A DNA stretch of 64,000 nucleotides. Origin: Candidatus Micrarchaeota archaeon (GTDB taxonomy: Archaea; Micrarchaeota; Micrarchaeia; Anstonellales; Anstonellaceae). A program made the translations under genes and the position numbers. This document shows positions 18,523 to 28,576 of this stretch, in pieces. The notes below the pieces were generated by a model that was not told the origin of the DNA, searched no databases, and saw nothing but the letters and a program-made list of their open reading frames with translations. Each line of letters opens with the position of its first letter. The stretch's first letter is position 1. The stretch covers positions 30,199 through 94,198 of the forward strand of contig JAOAKE010000001.1 in assembly GCA_026413805.1 (NCBI GenBank), given 5' to 3'.

Positions 18523-20847
18523 ATGGGATGCAGACCATCTTATCAAGGAGGGCGGCTGGTGATGGATTGCCCAACCTGTGGGCTTGGGCTTACCACCCCG
18601 CAGTGCATCAACTCACACCTCAAGGTAACTTCGCAGCTGACTAAGCCGTGGAGCACCATGAGGTATGAAGAAGAAGTGGTGGTGGACCTTGACGAGGAAA
18701 AAACTGCAATGATAGTTGAATATGATGCGCTTATCCGCCAGGTTGAAAACATCATGCTCAACCCAAAAACATACGGCAGGCCTGAAGACGAAAGATACAC
18801 GCAAAGAAGGAAGCTGCTGAAAGACTTCTACGAATATATGTTCATGAACCCCCTTGTTGCTGCGCAAGTGCTGAAAGACTATAGCGAGCCATACCCTGAA
18901 AAGGCGGTTTTTGTAGAGGGATACCGCAATTTTCAAGCCTGGATAAACGGAATACGCGAAGCCTACGTAAAATCTTCTTTGTACCTTCTGTGCCAAAAAA
19001 CAGGAGACTTGCGCTCTGCATTTCTTGCCCTGATGGGGCTCAAGTCGCTTCTTTTTGTCCAGAATTTCATGCTCTCCCTCCCAAAGGACGCCATCCCCAT
19101 AAGCGCCAGCGCTGGCGGCGAATATGAGCTGGATTATGGGATGAAAGTAAAAATATATGAGCTGCCTGGCGGCGAAGCCCACCTTTACACGATTGAAAAC
19201 CCAGTGATTGAAAACCTGCCAAGGGAGCTGCAAGAAATGATGAAAAACGCCATACAGGAAGGGCTGAGGGAAATCCACCAGGTCTTAGACTACGGCACGG
19301 TCTTTGATGACAGGAGCAGGGAGTATACGCAACAATTTATTGACAAGGCAACGCTTGAAAAAATACCGATTACCCAAGAGCAGGCAATTGCGATGGGAAG
19401 GGAGGCTGCTGCATGGGTGGTTGGGCTTGGCGCCCCGATAGAAAACATTGCGCTGGACCGGGAAAATATCACAGACATCTACATAGACAGTGAGAACACT
19501 CCGATATACATAGAGCATGCAAAGTTTGGGTTGTGCCATACCCTGTGGCGCTACAACCATGAAATGCTGGAAAACATGTTCAAAAACATCATTGCCGCTG
19601 GAAAAGGAAGCAAGCGCTTTGACCATGCCTCGCCCATTGTTGATGTTGTGCTTACGCGGCTGGCGATGAGGTGCCACCTCCAGCGCCCGCCTGCCACCTT
19701 TGGCGAGCTTCAGGCTGCGCTGAGGATAATGAGGGACCGCCCATTTACCTACCCGATGTATATAAACATGCATACTGTAAGCCCGTTCTTTGCAGGCTAC
19801 GACGACGTGATGGTGCAGCTTGGATGCTCTGAGGCAGTGCTTGGGCTGAAAGGCGTTGGGAAAACCGCATTTACTTCGACAAAGATTGCAGCCATTGGCA
19901 CCAAGCGGAGGATATTGCCGATTCAAGACATTGAAGAAATCCCGACCAAGGCATATAGAAAAAGGGGCTTTCACATAGGGGCTGTCCAGGTCCAGTCGTC
20001 TGACAGGGAAGAAATCGGGGGCGGAAGCGAGCTGGACTTGGTTTCCATGACAAATGCCGCCCTGCGCATGGGAGATGCCTGCGTCATAATAAATGAAATT
20101 CGTTCCAGGCTGGCAGTGCAAGGTGTAATAAACTTGCTTAATTCCCAGCCCGGCATATTCCTCCTTTACAACCTGCATGCAAGGTCGCTAAAAGACATAC
20201 AAGACCGGCTGGAGCTGGTTTTCGGCCTGCCAGCTGCCTCAATGTTTTCAACAGACCGCTATTCTTTCCTTTGGAAGGTTCGCTACGGAAGGAAAACGAG
20301 GATATACCGCATGCTCGGGCAGCAATATGAAAGCGATGTAAAGGAGCATAAGTTCGTGGAGGTTTTCAGGTTTGAAAGGGGCAACAGCCCCGAGACTTCT
20401 ACTTTGAAATGCTTCTTTTGCCCAATGCCTGAAGCAGAGGCAAAGTCCCTTTCAAACATAGACTTGGTAAAAACGCAAAAGAACCTCAAGCTCAGCTTTA
20501 TCCCCCCTGCCCTTGAAAGGAGGGCGGCTGACAGCGGCATTGACGCCAAGCAGTATATCATGGAGGCGTTCTTCAAAGGGAAGGTTTATTCGCAAATAGT
20601 TGAGGCTGCTGAAAAATACAAGCAGCCGCTGCTTTTAGAGCTTGACTTTACGCTAAAGTGCACCACCAAGGCGAACAACATCCTGAAAAGCTGCACCAAT
20701 GCCAATGGCGAAGTGGATTGGGCTGCTGTTGAAAGGGAGTGGAAAAAGGGGTTTGCATCGCTTGTTGAAAATGAGATAAGGCAGATGGCAGCTGAAGAAG
20801 AGGAGAGGGCTTCAAAAAAGAAAGAGAAGGGGGCGCAAAAATCATAG
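18523..20847 (+). CDS. divergent type II/IV secretion-system ATPase (FlaI/GspE/VirB11 superfamily) with N-terminal Cys-cluster zinc-ribbon-like segment and ~200-aa C-terminal extension
   Basis: N-domain ITDIYIDSENTPIYIEHAKFG, P-loop GLKGVGKTA, Walker B/Asp box ILPIQDIEEI, His box LYNLHARS, arginine-finger region ALRMGDACVIINEIRS; probable true start ATG 18562 (MDCPTCG...) preceded by GGAGGG. Confidence 0.65.
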   Translation: MGCRPSYQGGRLVMDCPTCGLGLTTPQCINSHLKVTSQLTKPWSTMRYEEEVVVDLDEEKTAMIVEYDALIRQVENIMLNPKTYGRPEDERYTQRRKLLKDFYEYMFMNPLVAAQVLKDYSEPYPEKAVFVEGYRNFQAWINGIREAYVKSSLYLLCQKTGDLRSAFLALMGLKSLLFVQNFMLSLPKDAIPISASAGGEYELDYGMKVKIYELPGGEAHLYTIENPVIENLPRELQEMMKNAIQEGLREIHQVLDYGTVFDDRSREYTQQFIDKATLEKIPITQEQAIAMGREAAAWVVGLGAPIENIALDRENITDIYIDSENTPIYIEHAKFGLCHTLWRYNHEMLENMFKNIIAAGKGSKRFDHASPIVDVVLTRLAMRCHLQRPPATFGELQAALRIMRDRPFTYPMYINMHTVSPFFAGYDDVMVQLGCSEAVLGLKGVGKTAFTSTKIAAIGTKRRILPIQDIEEIPTKAYRKRGFHIGAVQVQSSDREEIGGGSELDLVSMTNAALRMGDACVIINEIRSRLAVQGVINLLNSQPGIFLLYNLHARSLKDIQDRLELVFGLPAASMFSTDRYSFLWKVRYGRKTRIYRMLGQQYESDVKEHKFVEVFRFERGNSPETSTLKCFFCPMPEAEAKSLSNIDLVKTQKNLKLSFIPPALERRAADSGIDAKQYIMEAFFKGKVYSQIVEAAEKYKQPLLLELDFTLKCTTKANNILKSCTNANGEVDWAAVEREWKKGFASLVENEIRQMAAEEEERASKKKEKGAQKS

Positions 20848-22155
20848 CCTCTTTGCAAACTCGCAAATGAATTCTTCCAGCCTTGAATAAGGGATGGTGG
20901 CGCCAGCTGCGATGTTGTGCCCGCCGCCTGCACCGCCTACTGCGCTGCTGCACTCAGAAACTACCTTTCCAAGGTTCAAACCCTCGCTGACAAGCTTCCT
21001 TGTGCCCCTTGTCGAAAGCTTTATGTTTCCGGACTCGTCCAGTGAAAGGGCAAGCACTGGCTTTTTTCTCTGGCCTGGGTAAAGCATGCCTGCGACTATC
21101 CCAATTATTGAGTCTGGGATTACTCCGCGGGCGTCTACCAAGATGAATTTCCCGAAGTCTTGGGCATGGCTGGCGGCAAATTCTATTCCCTCTTTGAGCC
21201 TCTTGCGATGCTCGGCGAGCAGTGCGCTTGCCTGCTGGTAAGCCCCTTCTTTTAGCAGGCAGACCTCCAGCCCTAGGTTGGCTTTGTTGTTTCTTCCACA
21301 GGCATTAAGCAAGGTTGCAAACTCAGATGCATCGCGAAGCTCGGTTCTTTTTGGCTGCTTAAGCAGGGTGAATACCTCGCCTGTCAGCCTTTTTGCAGCC
21401 TCAGGGGAAGCGCGGATTGCAAGAAGCTCGGCAAGCGCAGAAACCAGCCTTTTTTTCTCTTCAACTGCAAGGTCAGAGTATGTGCGCCAGTGCGGGCCTT
21501 CTTTTAGAGGGATTTCAAGGCTTGCAAGGAAATCTATGCATGCTTCTTCTTGGCCGCTGAGCCCTGGAAGGAACGGCTCGTCGGCATACAAAAGAAACTG
21601 CACGAGAGGGCGGCTGTGCCTGCCAAACAAAAGCAGGTCTTTTGAAACTGCCACCTCTCCTCTTTCCACTGCCTCGTCAAGCATTGCCCGGTTTAGGCTG
21701 CAAAATGGCTGCTGGATGTCTCCGACTGCGCCAACGACCCCCAAGTCAGCATGCACTCCGAAAACAAAATAGGCGCAGCCTGCTGCTGAAATCTCACTCC
21801 CCCCATCAAAGCCAAAGTGGTGGGGGTTGGCTTGCAGGTGGGAGGTGGTTGCGGGCTGGTGGTGGTCAATAATTACAACTTCGCCTTTAAGCTCATCTAC
21901 AATGGAAGTGCCACTTCCAAGGTCCGCAAAGATGATTTCTTTTTCACCTTTCAGGGAAGAAATAAGGCTTTGGTCCACCTTCCTTACATCTTTTGCCAAG
22001 TAGCGCTTGCCCTCACTTTCAAGCCAGGATGCAACTATTGCGCCTGCAGCAATGCCATCGCAATCATAGTGATGGATTACCAACGGCTGTGCCATTCTTT
22101 TGGCAGCTTCCCTCGCTTCTGCACAGCGCTCAAGAAATTTTTCGCGGTTTCCCAT
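20842..22155 (-). CDS. DHH-family phosphoesterase (archaeal RecJ/GAN-like nuclease)
   Basis: DHH motif region IHHYDCDGIAAGAI...IIDHH, DHHA1-like C-terminal GGGH motif (AVGGAGGGHNIAAGA). Confidence 0.7.
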   Translation of the reverse strand: MGNREKFLERCAEAREAAKRMAQPLVIHHYDCDGIAAGAIVASWLESEGKRYLAKDVRKVDQSLISSLKGEKEIIFADLGSGTSIVDELKGEVVIIDHHQPATTSHLQANPHHFGFDGGSEISAAGCAYFVFGVHADLGVVGAVGDIQQPFCSLNRAMLDEAVERGEVAVSKDLLLFGRHSRPLVQFLLYADEPFLPGLSGQEEACIDFLASLEIPLKEGPHWRTYSDLAVEEKKRLVSALAELLAIRASPEAAKRLTGEVFTLLKQPKRTELRDASEFATLLNACGRNNKANLGLEVCLLKEGAYQQASALLAEHRKRLKEGIEFAASHAQDFGKFILVDARGVIPDSIIGIVAGMLYPGQRKKPVLALSLDESGNIKLSTRGTRKLVSEGLNLGKVVSECSSAVGGAGGGHNIAAGATIPYSRLEEFICEFAKRL

Positions 22156-22211
22156 AGCAGCGCCAACTGAATGATGGCTGGCTTGTGCTTATAAATGCCA
22201 AAGATAAAAAA

Positions 22212-22643
22212 ATGGGCATGGAAGTTGAGCGCGCGCCAGATGTTGAAGCGCTGGTTTCGGACATCGTAGGCGTCCTTTTCCAGGAGCACATAAATGAGTT
22301 TAGGATAATCTGCATGCGCTCAAAAAACGCCACTGCCAATGCCTATGCGAGAATTTGGAACCTGCCGAAAATCTGGCAAAAGGCGCTGGATGTCAAGGCA
22401 TTTTACATAATTGAAGTCCTGTCGCAGCACTATGACTTGCTGCCTCGCGAAAAAAAAGAAAAGGTGCTCATCCATGAGCTTTTGCACATCCCCAAGACTT
22501 TTTCAGGGGCCCTTCGGCCGCACAGGGGGAAAGTGAAAATAAATGAGCGCACTGTGGACGAGCTACACAGGATTTATAAGGAAAAAAAGAGGGGCAAAAA
22601 GGACAGCCTAAGCGGGCTTGAAATTGCTGAAGAGTCATTTTAG
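22212..22643 (+). CDS. small putative zinc metallopeptidase-like protein (HExxH)
   Basis: VLIHELLHIPKTFSGALRPH motif; track start 22185 is GTG, ATG at 22212. Confidence 0.45.
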   Translation: MGMEVERAPDVEALVSDIVGVLFQEHINEFRIICMRSKNATANAYARIWNLPKIWQKALDVKAFYIIEVLSQHYDLLPREKKEKVLIHELLHIPKTFSGALRPHRGKVKINERTVDELHRIYKEKKRGKKDSLSGLEIAEESF

Positions 22644-23400
22644 CGTGGTTGTTGTGAAGGTAGGCATAATTGGGCTTGGAAACATAGGCAGCTTCCTTGC
22701 AAAAAGGCTGCAAAAAGAGGTGCTTTGGGCAGTGGACAATGACGCCAGAGCAAAAAAAAGGGCACAGGCCCTTGGGCTTGGGCGAAAATTCTCCTTCACC
22801 CTGCCAAAAAAATGCGGGGGAGCTGACTTGGTGGTTGAGTGCGCTTCGCAAGAGGCAGTGCCCCTTTTGCTAAAATGCCTGCCATACTGCGACGTGATGG
22901 TAATGTCGGTTGGCGCGCTTGCCGATAGGCTGCTTTGCCGCAGGCTCGTCCGCACTGCCAAAAAATACAAGCGGCGCATATTCATTCCCTCAGGGGCAAT
23001 AGGCGGCCTGGATGCCATCTCCTCTTTGCAGGGGGAGCTAAAGGAGGTCTTGCTGGAAACGACCAAGCCGCCCGCCTCGCTTGGCAGGAGCGACGCCCAG
23101 CGGGTGGTTGTTTTTGAAGGAAATGCTATGGAGGCGTGCCAAAAATACCCTCAGAATATAAATGTCTCTGCCACCCTCGCGCTTGCAGGGCTTGGGTTTG
23201 AAAAGACAAAGGTCAGGATAATCAGCGACCCCGAAGCAACAAAAAACAGGCACCGCATTGTCGCACTCTCTTCGCAAAGCAGGATAGTGGTTGAGCTTGA
23301 AAATGAGCCTATGCCCGGCAACCCAAAGACCTCTGCCCTGGCCGCCCTGTCTGCGCTTAAAAGGATAAGGAAAACGGCGGAGGCCATGCAAATTGGATGA
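22618..23400 (+). CDS. nadX: L-aspartate dehydrogenase (NadX-like)
   Basis: N-terminal Rossmann KVGIIGLGNIGSFLAKRL; PSGAIGGLDAISS motif; start is non-ATG (TTG 22618 or GTG 22645/22654). Confidence 0.65.
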   Translation: MKLLKSHFSVVVVKVGIIGLGNIGSFLAKRLQKEVLWAVDNDARAKKRAQALGLGRKFSFTLPKKCGGADLVVECASQEAVPLLLKCLPYCDVMVMSVGALADRLLCRRLVRTAKKYKRRIFIPSGAIGGLDAISSLQGELKEVLLETTKPPASLGRSDAQRVVVFEGNAMEACQKYPQNINVSATLALAGLGFEKTKVRIISDPEATKNRHRIVALSSQSRIVVELENEPMPGNPKTSALAALSALKRIRKTAEAMQIG

Positions 23401-23409
23401 GGTGAGTGG

Positions 23410-24237
23410 TTGATAATTGGCGCGATGAACAGCCCAAAAAAGGAGCTTGCAGCTGAAATTGAGCTCTTTGGGGAAATGAACTTTGATTTTGTAGAGATAA
23501 CCATTGAGGCGCCAGGGGCGACGCCAGAAAAGATAGGCGAAAAGAAGAAGGCGATTTTAGATGCCCTCCACTCATACAATTTTGGCGTGCTTGCGCACCT
23601 CCCATGGTATTTTTCAGTGGCACACCCGTATGCAAGAATACAGAAGGCAATTCTTGAAGAATCCGTGCGTGCCTTTGATGCTGCGGTGCTGCTGGGCGCA
23701 AAAAAAGCCACTGTCCATACTGAGTTTTTGCCAGCAGGGCTGCAAGACCGGGCTGTTCATGTTGCAAAGACCATTGAAACTGTAAAGAGCTTGCAAAAAG
23801 AAGCAAGCAACAGGGGGATTGAGCTTTTAGTTGAGAATTACCTTGCCTCTTCCTTTTCAATAAAGGAATTCAAGCTGCTTTTTTCAGAAGTTGATGCCAA
23901 AATGACATTGGACGTGGGGCACGCTGAAGCCAAAGATGGTGAGGGGGTTGGCAGCTTCATCTCGGCTTTCAAAGGAAAGGTTGCCCATGTCCACCTGCAT
24001 GACAACGACAAAAAAGGCGACTTGCACCTCCCACTTGGGGCTGGGAAAATAGACCTGCCACGCTGCATAAAGGAGCTTAAGTCATTTTACAACGGAACAA
24101 TTACCTTAGAGGTTCACTCCGAAGACCGAGATTACTTGCGCTTGAGCAGGGAAAAGCTAGAGGTTATGTGGTTTGGAAAGGCGCACCACCAAAAAAACAA
24201 GGAATACCAAGGAGCTGTGGGTGGTGCAGGCAGGTAG
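23410..24237 (+). CDS. sugar phosphate isomerase/epimerase (xylose-isomerase-like TIM barrel)
   Basis: Pattern of TIM-barrel AP-endonuclease-2 family (HTEF..., LEVHSEDRD, HLHDNDKKGD...HLPLGAGKID); TTG start with GAGGTGAG RBS. Confidence 0.6.
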   Translation: MIIGAMNSPKKELAAEIELFGEMNFDFVEITIEAPGATPEKIGEKKKAILDALHSYNFGVLAHLPWYFSVAHPYARIQKAILEESVRAFDAAVLLGAKKATVHTEFLPAGLQDRAVHVAKTIETVKSLQKEASNRGIELLVENYLASSFSIKEFKLLFSEVDAKMTLDVGHAEAKDGEGVGSFISAFKGKVAHVHLHDNDKKGDLHLPLGAGKIDLPRCIKELKSFYNGTITLEVHSEDRDYLRLSREKLEVMWFGKAHHQKNKEYQGAVGGAGR

Positions 24238-24245
24238 CCTGTGGC

Positions 24246-26099
24246 TCATTTTTTGATTTTTTTGAATATTTCTTGGGCTTCCTGGGCGTCGATTTTCATA
24301 CGGTATTTTGCCATCAGTGACTTAAAGTCGTGCCCCTCTTTTTTGATGATTTCTTCTAGTGCCGCACCAGATAATTTTTCCAAGCCCAGCTTCTTTGCCG
24401 CCTCTTGGGGGGAAAGTGAGGGCTCGCGGCACATTTGGCGAAGCACCTCTGCCATTGCGGCTTTTGAAAATGCCCCGCCCTGGCAAGCGCGGAATGCCAA
24501 AATAATGCGCGGCTCGTCAAGAGAAGCAATGTTCTCGCCCTCCCGCTTTAGGCTTTGAAGGGTGTTGGTCAGTGTTGATGCTGCAAATTTTGGCTCAACA
24601 CCAAGCTTTATTGCCTCTGTAAAAACAGAAAGCTCGCTAGTAGTGGCAGAGAGCTGAAAGGTGCTGTTGTGCGAAACAAGCCCCCTTACAGAGGAAAGCT
24701 GGGCTGCCAGCTCATCGTTTAAAAGAGAAAGCAACCTTTCCTGCTCTTCTTCCATTCTTTGCGCTTTTTTTGCTATTCTTGCTGCCTCTTCGAGCATTTT
24801 CAGGGTTATTGGAACTGGGGGCAGGTCGGTCTCAGGGTACATCCTTGCCTTGCCTGGCAGGGGGCGAAGATAAGTGGAAGTGCCATCAGGGTTTGCTCTT
24901 CGGGTTTCGCCAGGAAGTGAAGGGCTGTTGATCCTGTCAGCAACCTTAAACAAGGCAGCCTGCGCTTTTTTTGCCTCTCCTGCTGCCAAGACAAATGCGT
25001 CTTTTTGCCCTATAGAAAGTGCCACCTTTAACTCTGCCAGCTCGTCTTCTGAGAAGCCGTATTTCGCCAAGTCTTCATCAGAGTGAAAAATGCCGCTTAC
25101 GCCCATTGAGCGTGCATAATCTGAAAGTTCGGTTCCAAAGCGCCTGTTTGGTGAGATTTCCTTCCCAAGCAGCCCTGCCAAGGAAGGCAGTGGAAGGGCA
25201 AGAACCTTGTTTTTGTTTTTAATTGCCTTTGCAAGGACTTGGCAGGCAGTGCTTTGGAAGATTTCGGTTAGGTCAAAGATGGCAGGCTCTATTTTTCGCC
25301 CTTCAAGCCTGGCAGAAATCTCAGAGGCTATTTCAAGGAGGGCCTGCTGCCTGCGAGCCTCTGTCTCAATTGTCTTTGCAATCATGCTGAGGTCTTGGAC
25401 GCCTTTTATTTCAACTCTCGCTCCGCCTGGGATAGAGACATTTAGGTCTTGGCGGATGCTTCCAAGCCCCCTTTGGACTACTCCTGTCTTTCGCAGCAGC
25501 TGGCCTATGGCAAGGGCTGCCTCCTGGGCTTCCTTGCCCGACTTTAAGTCAGGGGCGGTGGCTATTTCCACCAGAGGAATGCCAAGGCGGGAGAGGTCGT
25601 ATGAGGCTGAGTTCTCCTTTGCTTCCAAGATGGCACAGCTTTCTTCTTCTATGCATATTGTTTGTATCGCAAGCTTGCCTGAGGGCGTTTGCACCTCTCC
25701 GCCTAACCCAAGCAGCGCGGTGCGCTGAAATCCACTGGTGTTGCTGCCATCTATTACATTCTTGCGCATTATATGCAGCCGGTCAACGGGCCTTGCATGT
25801 AGAAGATGGCAGATTGCAAGCGCTGCAGTCAAGGCATTTTCATCAATTGCATGCGGTGGCTCTTCATCGCCTTCAACCAAGCAGACCAGCCTTGCGGGCG
25901 AAGAATACCTAAAAGTCCTGCCGCGAATCGCCTCCGCTCCCGAGGCAGCGTCCACCTCCCCGAGCTCGGATTTGACAACATGCAGCCTGCGGGTGAAAGA
26001 TACCTGCTGCCCTGCTGCTTCCTCGCTTGAGTCAGACTTGCAGCGGCAGAAGAGCTTCCCAGATGCAAGCCGCTGGTGTATTTCAAGCCCGCACTTCAT
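24246..26099 (-). CDS. gatE: glutamyl-tRNA(Gln) amidotransferase subunit E (archaeal GatE)
   Basis: MKCGLEIHQRL...CRCKSD N-terminus, GatB/E catalytic core, C-terminal YqeY-like domain. Confidence 0.9.
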   Translation of the reverse strand: MKCGLEIHQRLASGKLFCRCKSDSSEEAAGQQVSFTRRLHVVKSELGEVDAASGAEAIRGRTFRYSSPARLVCLVEGDEEPPHAIDENALTAALAICHLLHARPVDRLHIMRKNVIDGSNTSGFQRTALLGLGGEVQTPSGKLAIQTICIEEESCAILEAKENSASYDLSRLGIPLVEIATAPDLKSGKEAQEAALAIGQLLRKTGVVQRGLGSIRQDLNVSIPGGARVEIKGVQDLSMIAKTIETEARRQQALLEIASEISARLEGRKIEPAIFDLTEIFQSTACQVLAKAIKNKNKVLALPLPSLAGLLGKEISPNRRFGTELSDYARSMGVSGIFHSDEDLAKYGFSEDELAELKVALSIGQKDAFVLAAGEAKKAQAALFKVADRINSPSLPGETRRANPDGTSTYLRPLPGKARMYPETDLPPVPITLKMLEEAARIAKKAQRMEEEQERLLSLLNDELAAQLSSVRGLVSHNSTFQLSATTSELSVFTEAIKLGVEPKFAASTLTNTLQSLKREGENIASLDEPRIILAFRACQGGAFSKAAMAEVLRQMCREPSLSPQEAAKKLGLEKLSGAALEEIIKKEGHDFKSLMAKYRMKIDAQEAQEIFKKIKK

Positions 26100-26112
26100 A
26101 CGCTCCCCTTTG

Positions 26113-27441
26113 CTAATAGGAGGAAAATTCCGTCCGCTCGGTTATTTCCCCTGCGATGTTTTTTTCCATGAGCTCCTTTATTTTCCCCATCTTTTTCTCT
26201 CGCCCAAGAACCCACATCAGCTTGACATAGGCTGTTTCAGGTGTCATGTCGCACATGTGCCCGATTACCCCTGCTTCGCGAAGCACTCTTTGGTTGGTGT
26301 ATACATTGAGGTTTATCCTTCCATACATTGCCTGAGAGGAAAGGACAACTGGGATGCCGCTTGCAATTAGCTCCTTTATTTGCAAAAGCAGCGAATAGGA
26401 ATTCTTCTCGCCAGAGAGGTTTACCGGGACGTGCCCAAGCCCGAAGCCAACCAAAACTACGCCGTCATAATCAAAGAGTTGCTTGAAGGCTTCTGGCCTG
26501 AGCCCTGGGTAGATGTATTGCATGGCAACTTTAGTGTTTAGCTTGGTGTCAACTGTTAGCTTGGAATTTGGGCTGCGGGCTGGGCAGCGCTCAGAAACCT
26601 TCTCTATTTTTTCAAGAAATGGCCATACCCTTGCTGCTGGGAGCGAAGAGATTGAGCGAAAGGCGTCCCTGCGGCTGGTGTGCATTTTCCTGACCTTTGC
26701 CCCAAAATGCAGCAGGCAGGTCTCGTCATCGGTGTTTTCATGCATGCAGACAAAAACTCCTGATAGGTCGGAGTTTGCAGCAAGAAAAGAAGAAAGAAGG
26801 TTGGCTTCTGCATCTGATGAGCCCCTGTCAGAGCTTCGCTGGCTGCCTGTGAATATTACTGGGCAGGGAAGGTTTTGAAGCATGAATGAAAGGGCTGCAG
26901 ATGTATAATGCATGGTGTCAGTGCCGTGCGCAAGCACCACTCCATAGGCGCCATCCTTTATCTCGCCTGCCACTGCTTCGGCTATCCTTACCCAATGCCA
27001 TGGCGACATGTCCTCAGAGGCAATGGAAAAAAGCATGCGCGCCCGGATAGAATACTTTGAAAGGGCGGGCAGGCCTTCTATTAACTCCCTTGGGCTGACT
27101 GCAGGATGCACTGCCCCTGTGCGGTAGTCTATCTTGTTTACAATCGTCCCGCCGCAGCTGATGAATGAAGTAAAGGGAGATGACGGAGCAGGCGTTGTTG
27201 ATTGCTCCTTCTTTGCTGTGAGCCGTGCTTCGCCCTTTTTGAGCACCTCAATTTTTGTTATCTTGCCTTTTTGTATGCCGATGTTGTAGCCTGAATCAAG
27301 CTTAATGGTGATGAATGAGTCGTCCTTCAAAGAAGGGGGAAGAAGAATGCCTCTGAATTCTCTCCCTTCACAGATGGCAAGGACTTCGTCTCCTGGCTCG
27401 GGCGTGGGCCCTTTTTTGGATTTTTTTGGTGGCACGGGCAT
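26113..27441 (-). CDS. gatD: glutamyl-tRNA(Gln) amidotransferase subunit D (GatD, asparaginase-like)
   Basis: Asparaginase-fold motifs GGTIVNKIDYRTGAVHP, HGTDTM; directly upstream of gatE. Confidence 0.9.
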   Translation of the reverse strand: MPVPPKKSKKGPTPEPGDEVLAICEGREFRGILLPPSLKDDSFITIKLDSGYNIGIQKGKITKIEVLKKGEARLTAKKEQSTTPAPSSPFTSFISCGGTIVNKIDYRTGAVHPAVSPRELIEGLPALSKYSIRARMLFSIASEDMSPWHWVRIAEAVAGEIKDGAYGVVLAHGTDTMHYTSAALSFMLQNLPCPVIFTGSQRSSDRGSSDAEANLLSSFLAANSDLSGVFVCMHENTDDETCLLHFGAKVRKMHTSRRDAFRSISSLPAARVWPFLEKIEKVSERCPARSPNSKLTVDTKLNTKVAMQYIYPGLRPEAFKQLFDYDGVVLVGFGLGHVPVNLSGEKNSYSLLLQIKELIASGIPVVLSSQAMYGRINLNVYTNQRVLREAGVIGHMCDMTPETAYVKLMWVLGREKKMGKIKELMEKNIAGEITERTEFSSY

Positions 27442-27488
27442 ATATCAGGGATTGAACATTTAAAGGATTTGCAATGATATGCAACAGC

Positions 27489-28571
27489 ATGGGCATTGAA
27501 GAAAAGCTCAGGGCTTTGGAAGAGGAGCTTGCGCGCACGCAGAAAAACAAGGCGACAGAGTACCATATTGGGATATTGAAGGCGAAGATAGCTGCGCTAA
27601 AAAGAGAGCTTCTTGCCCCGAAAAAAAGCGGAGTGCGAAGCGGAGGCTTTGACGTAAAAAAGAGCGGGGATGCCACTGTTGTCTTTGTTGGGCTGCCGTC
27701 TGTTGGAAAGTCCACCCTGCTCAACTCCCTCACTCAATCCAAGTCAAAGGTGGCGCCATATGCCTTCACCACCTTGAACTGTGTGCCAGGCGTGATGGAG
27801 TATAAGGGTGCAAAAATACAGCTTTTGGACCTGCCTGGGATAATCATTGGCGCAAGCGAAGGGCGAGGCAGGGGGCGGGAGGTGCTGGCAGTAGCGCGAA
27901 GCGCAGACCTGATACTTATCCTGCTGGATGTTTTCCAGCCGCACATCCTTCAAAAAATAAAAGAGGAGCTTTGGGGCGCCGGCATAAGGCTGGATGAGGA
28001 GCCCCCAAAAATTTACATCACAAAAAGGCTTCGCGGCGGCGTGGAAATAAATTCCACTGTCAAGCTCACTAAGCTGAATGAAAAGATGATAACCGGCGTG
28101 CTTGCGGAGTATGGAATGCACAATGCAGTCGTAGTTTTCAGGCAGGACGCAACTGTTGACCAGCTCATTGATGTGCTTGCAGGCAATCGCAAATACGTTC
28201 CTTCGCTAGTGGCGCTCAATAAGGTAGATATGGTAAGCGAGGATTACCTGCGCGAAATTCCTTTTGAGTTTTTGCCCATTTCGGCTGAAAAGGGGCAGGG
28301 AATAGACCGCTTAAAGGAAGCCATTTACCAGCGCTTGTCCCTCATCCGCGTCTATACCAAGCCGAGGATGGGCGAGGCTGACCTTGGCGAGCCTCTTATG
28401 TTGAAGGCAGGCTCTACTATAGAAGATGCTTGCAACCGCCTGCACAGGGATTTGGTCAAGGAATTCAAATATGCGGTAGTTTGGGGAAAATCTGCTAAGT
28501 TCCCTGGGCAAAAGGTCGGCTTGCAGCATGTCTTGGAAGACGGCGACATATTCAGCGTGGTAAAAAAGTAA
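27489..28571 (+). CDS. developmentally regulated GTP-binding protein (DRG/Obg-family GTPase with TGS domain)
   Basis: MGIEEKLRALEEELARTQKNKATEYHIGILKAKIA N-terminus, G1 GLPSVGKSTL, TGS-like C-terminus; ORF could also start at ATG 27474. Confidence 0.85.
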   Translation: MGIEEKLRALEEELARTQKNKATEYHIGILKAKIAALKRELLAPKKSGVRSGGFDVKKSGDATVVFVGLPSVGKSTLLNSLTQSKSKVAPYAFTTLNCVPGVMEYKGAKIQLLDLPGIIIGASEGRGRGREVLAVARSADLILILLDVFQPHILQKIKEELWGAGIRLDEEPPKIYITKRLRGGVEINSTVKLTKLNEKMITGVLAEYGMHNAVVVFRQDATVDQLIDVLAGNRKYVPSLVALNKVDMVSEDYLREIPFEFLPISAEKGQGIDRLKEAIYQRLSLIRVYTKPRMGEADLGEPLMLKAGSTIEDACNRLHRDLVKEFKYAVVWGKSAKFPGQKVGLQHVLEDGDIFSVVKK

Positions 28572-28576
28572 GGCGC

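Noticed and set aside
19285-20178. 297-aa minus-strand ORF inside the secretion ATPase gene
   Set aside because: Antisense to an ORF with clear ATPase motifs; His/Pro/Cys-rich nonsense-like composition
25207-26370. Plus-strand ORFs of 173 and 210 aa antisense to gatE/gatD
   Set aside because: Overlap strongly conserved GatE/GatD coding sequence; no motifs
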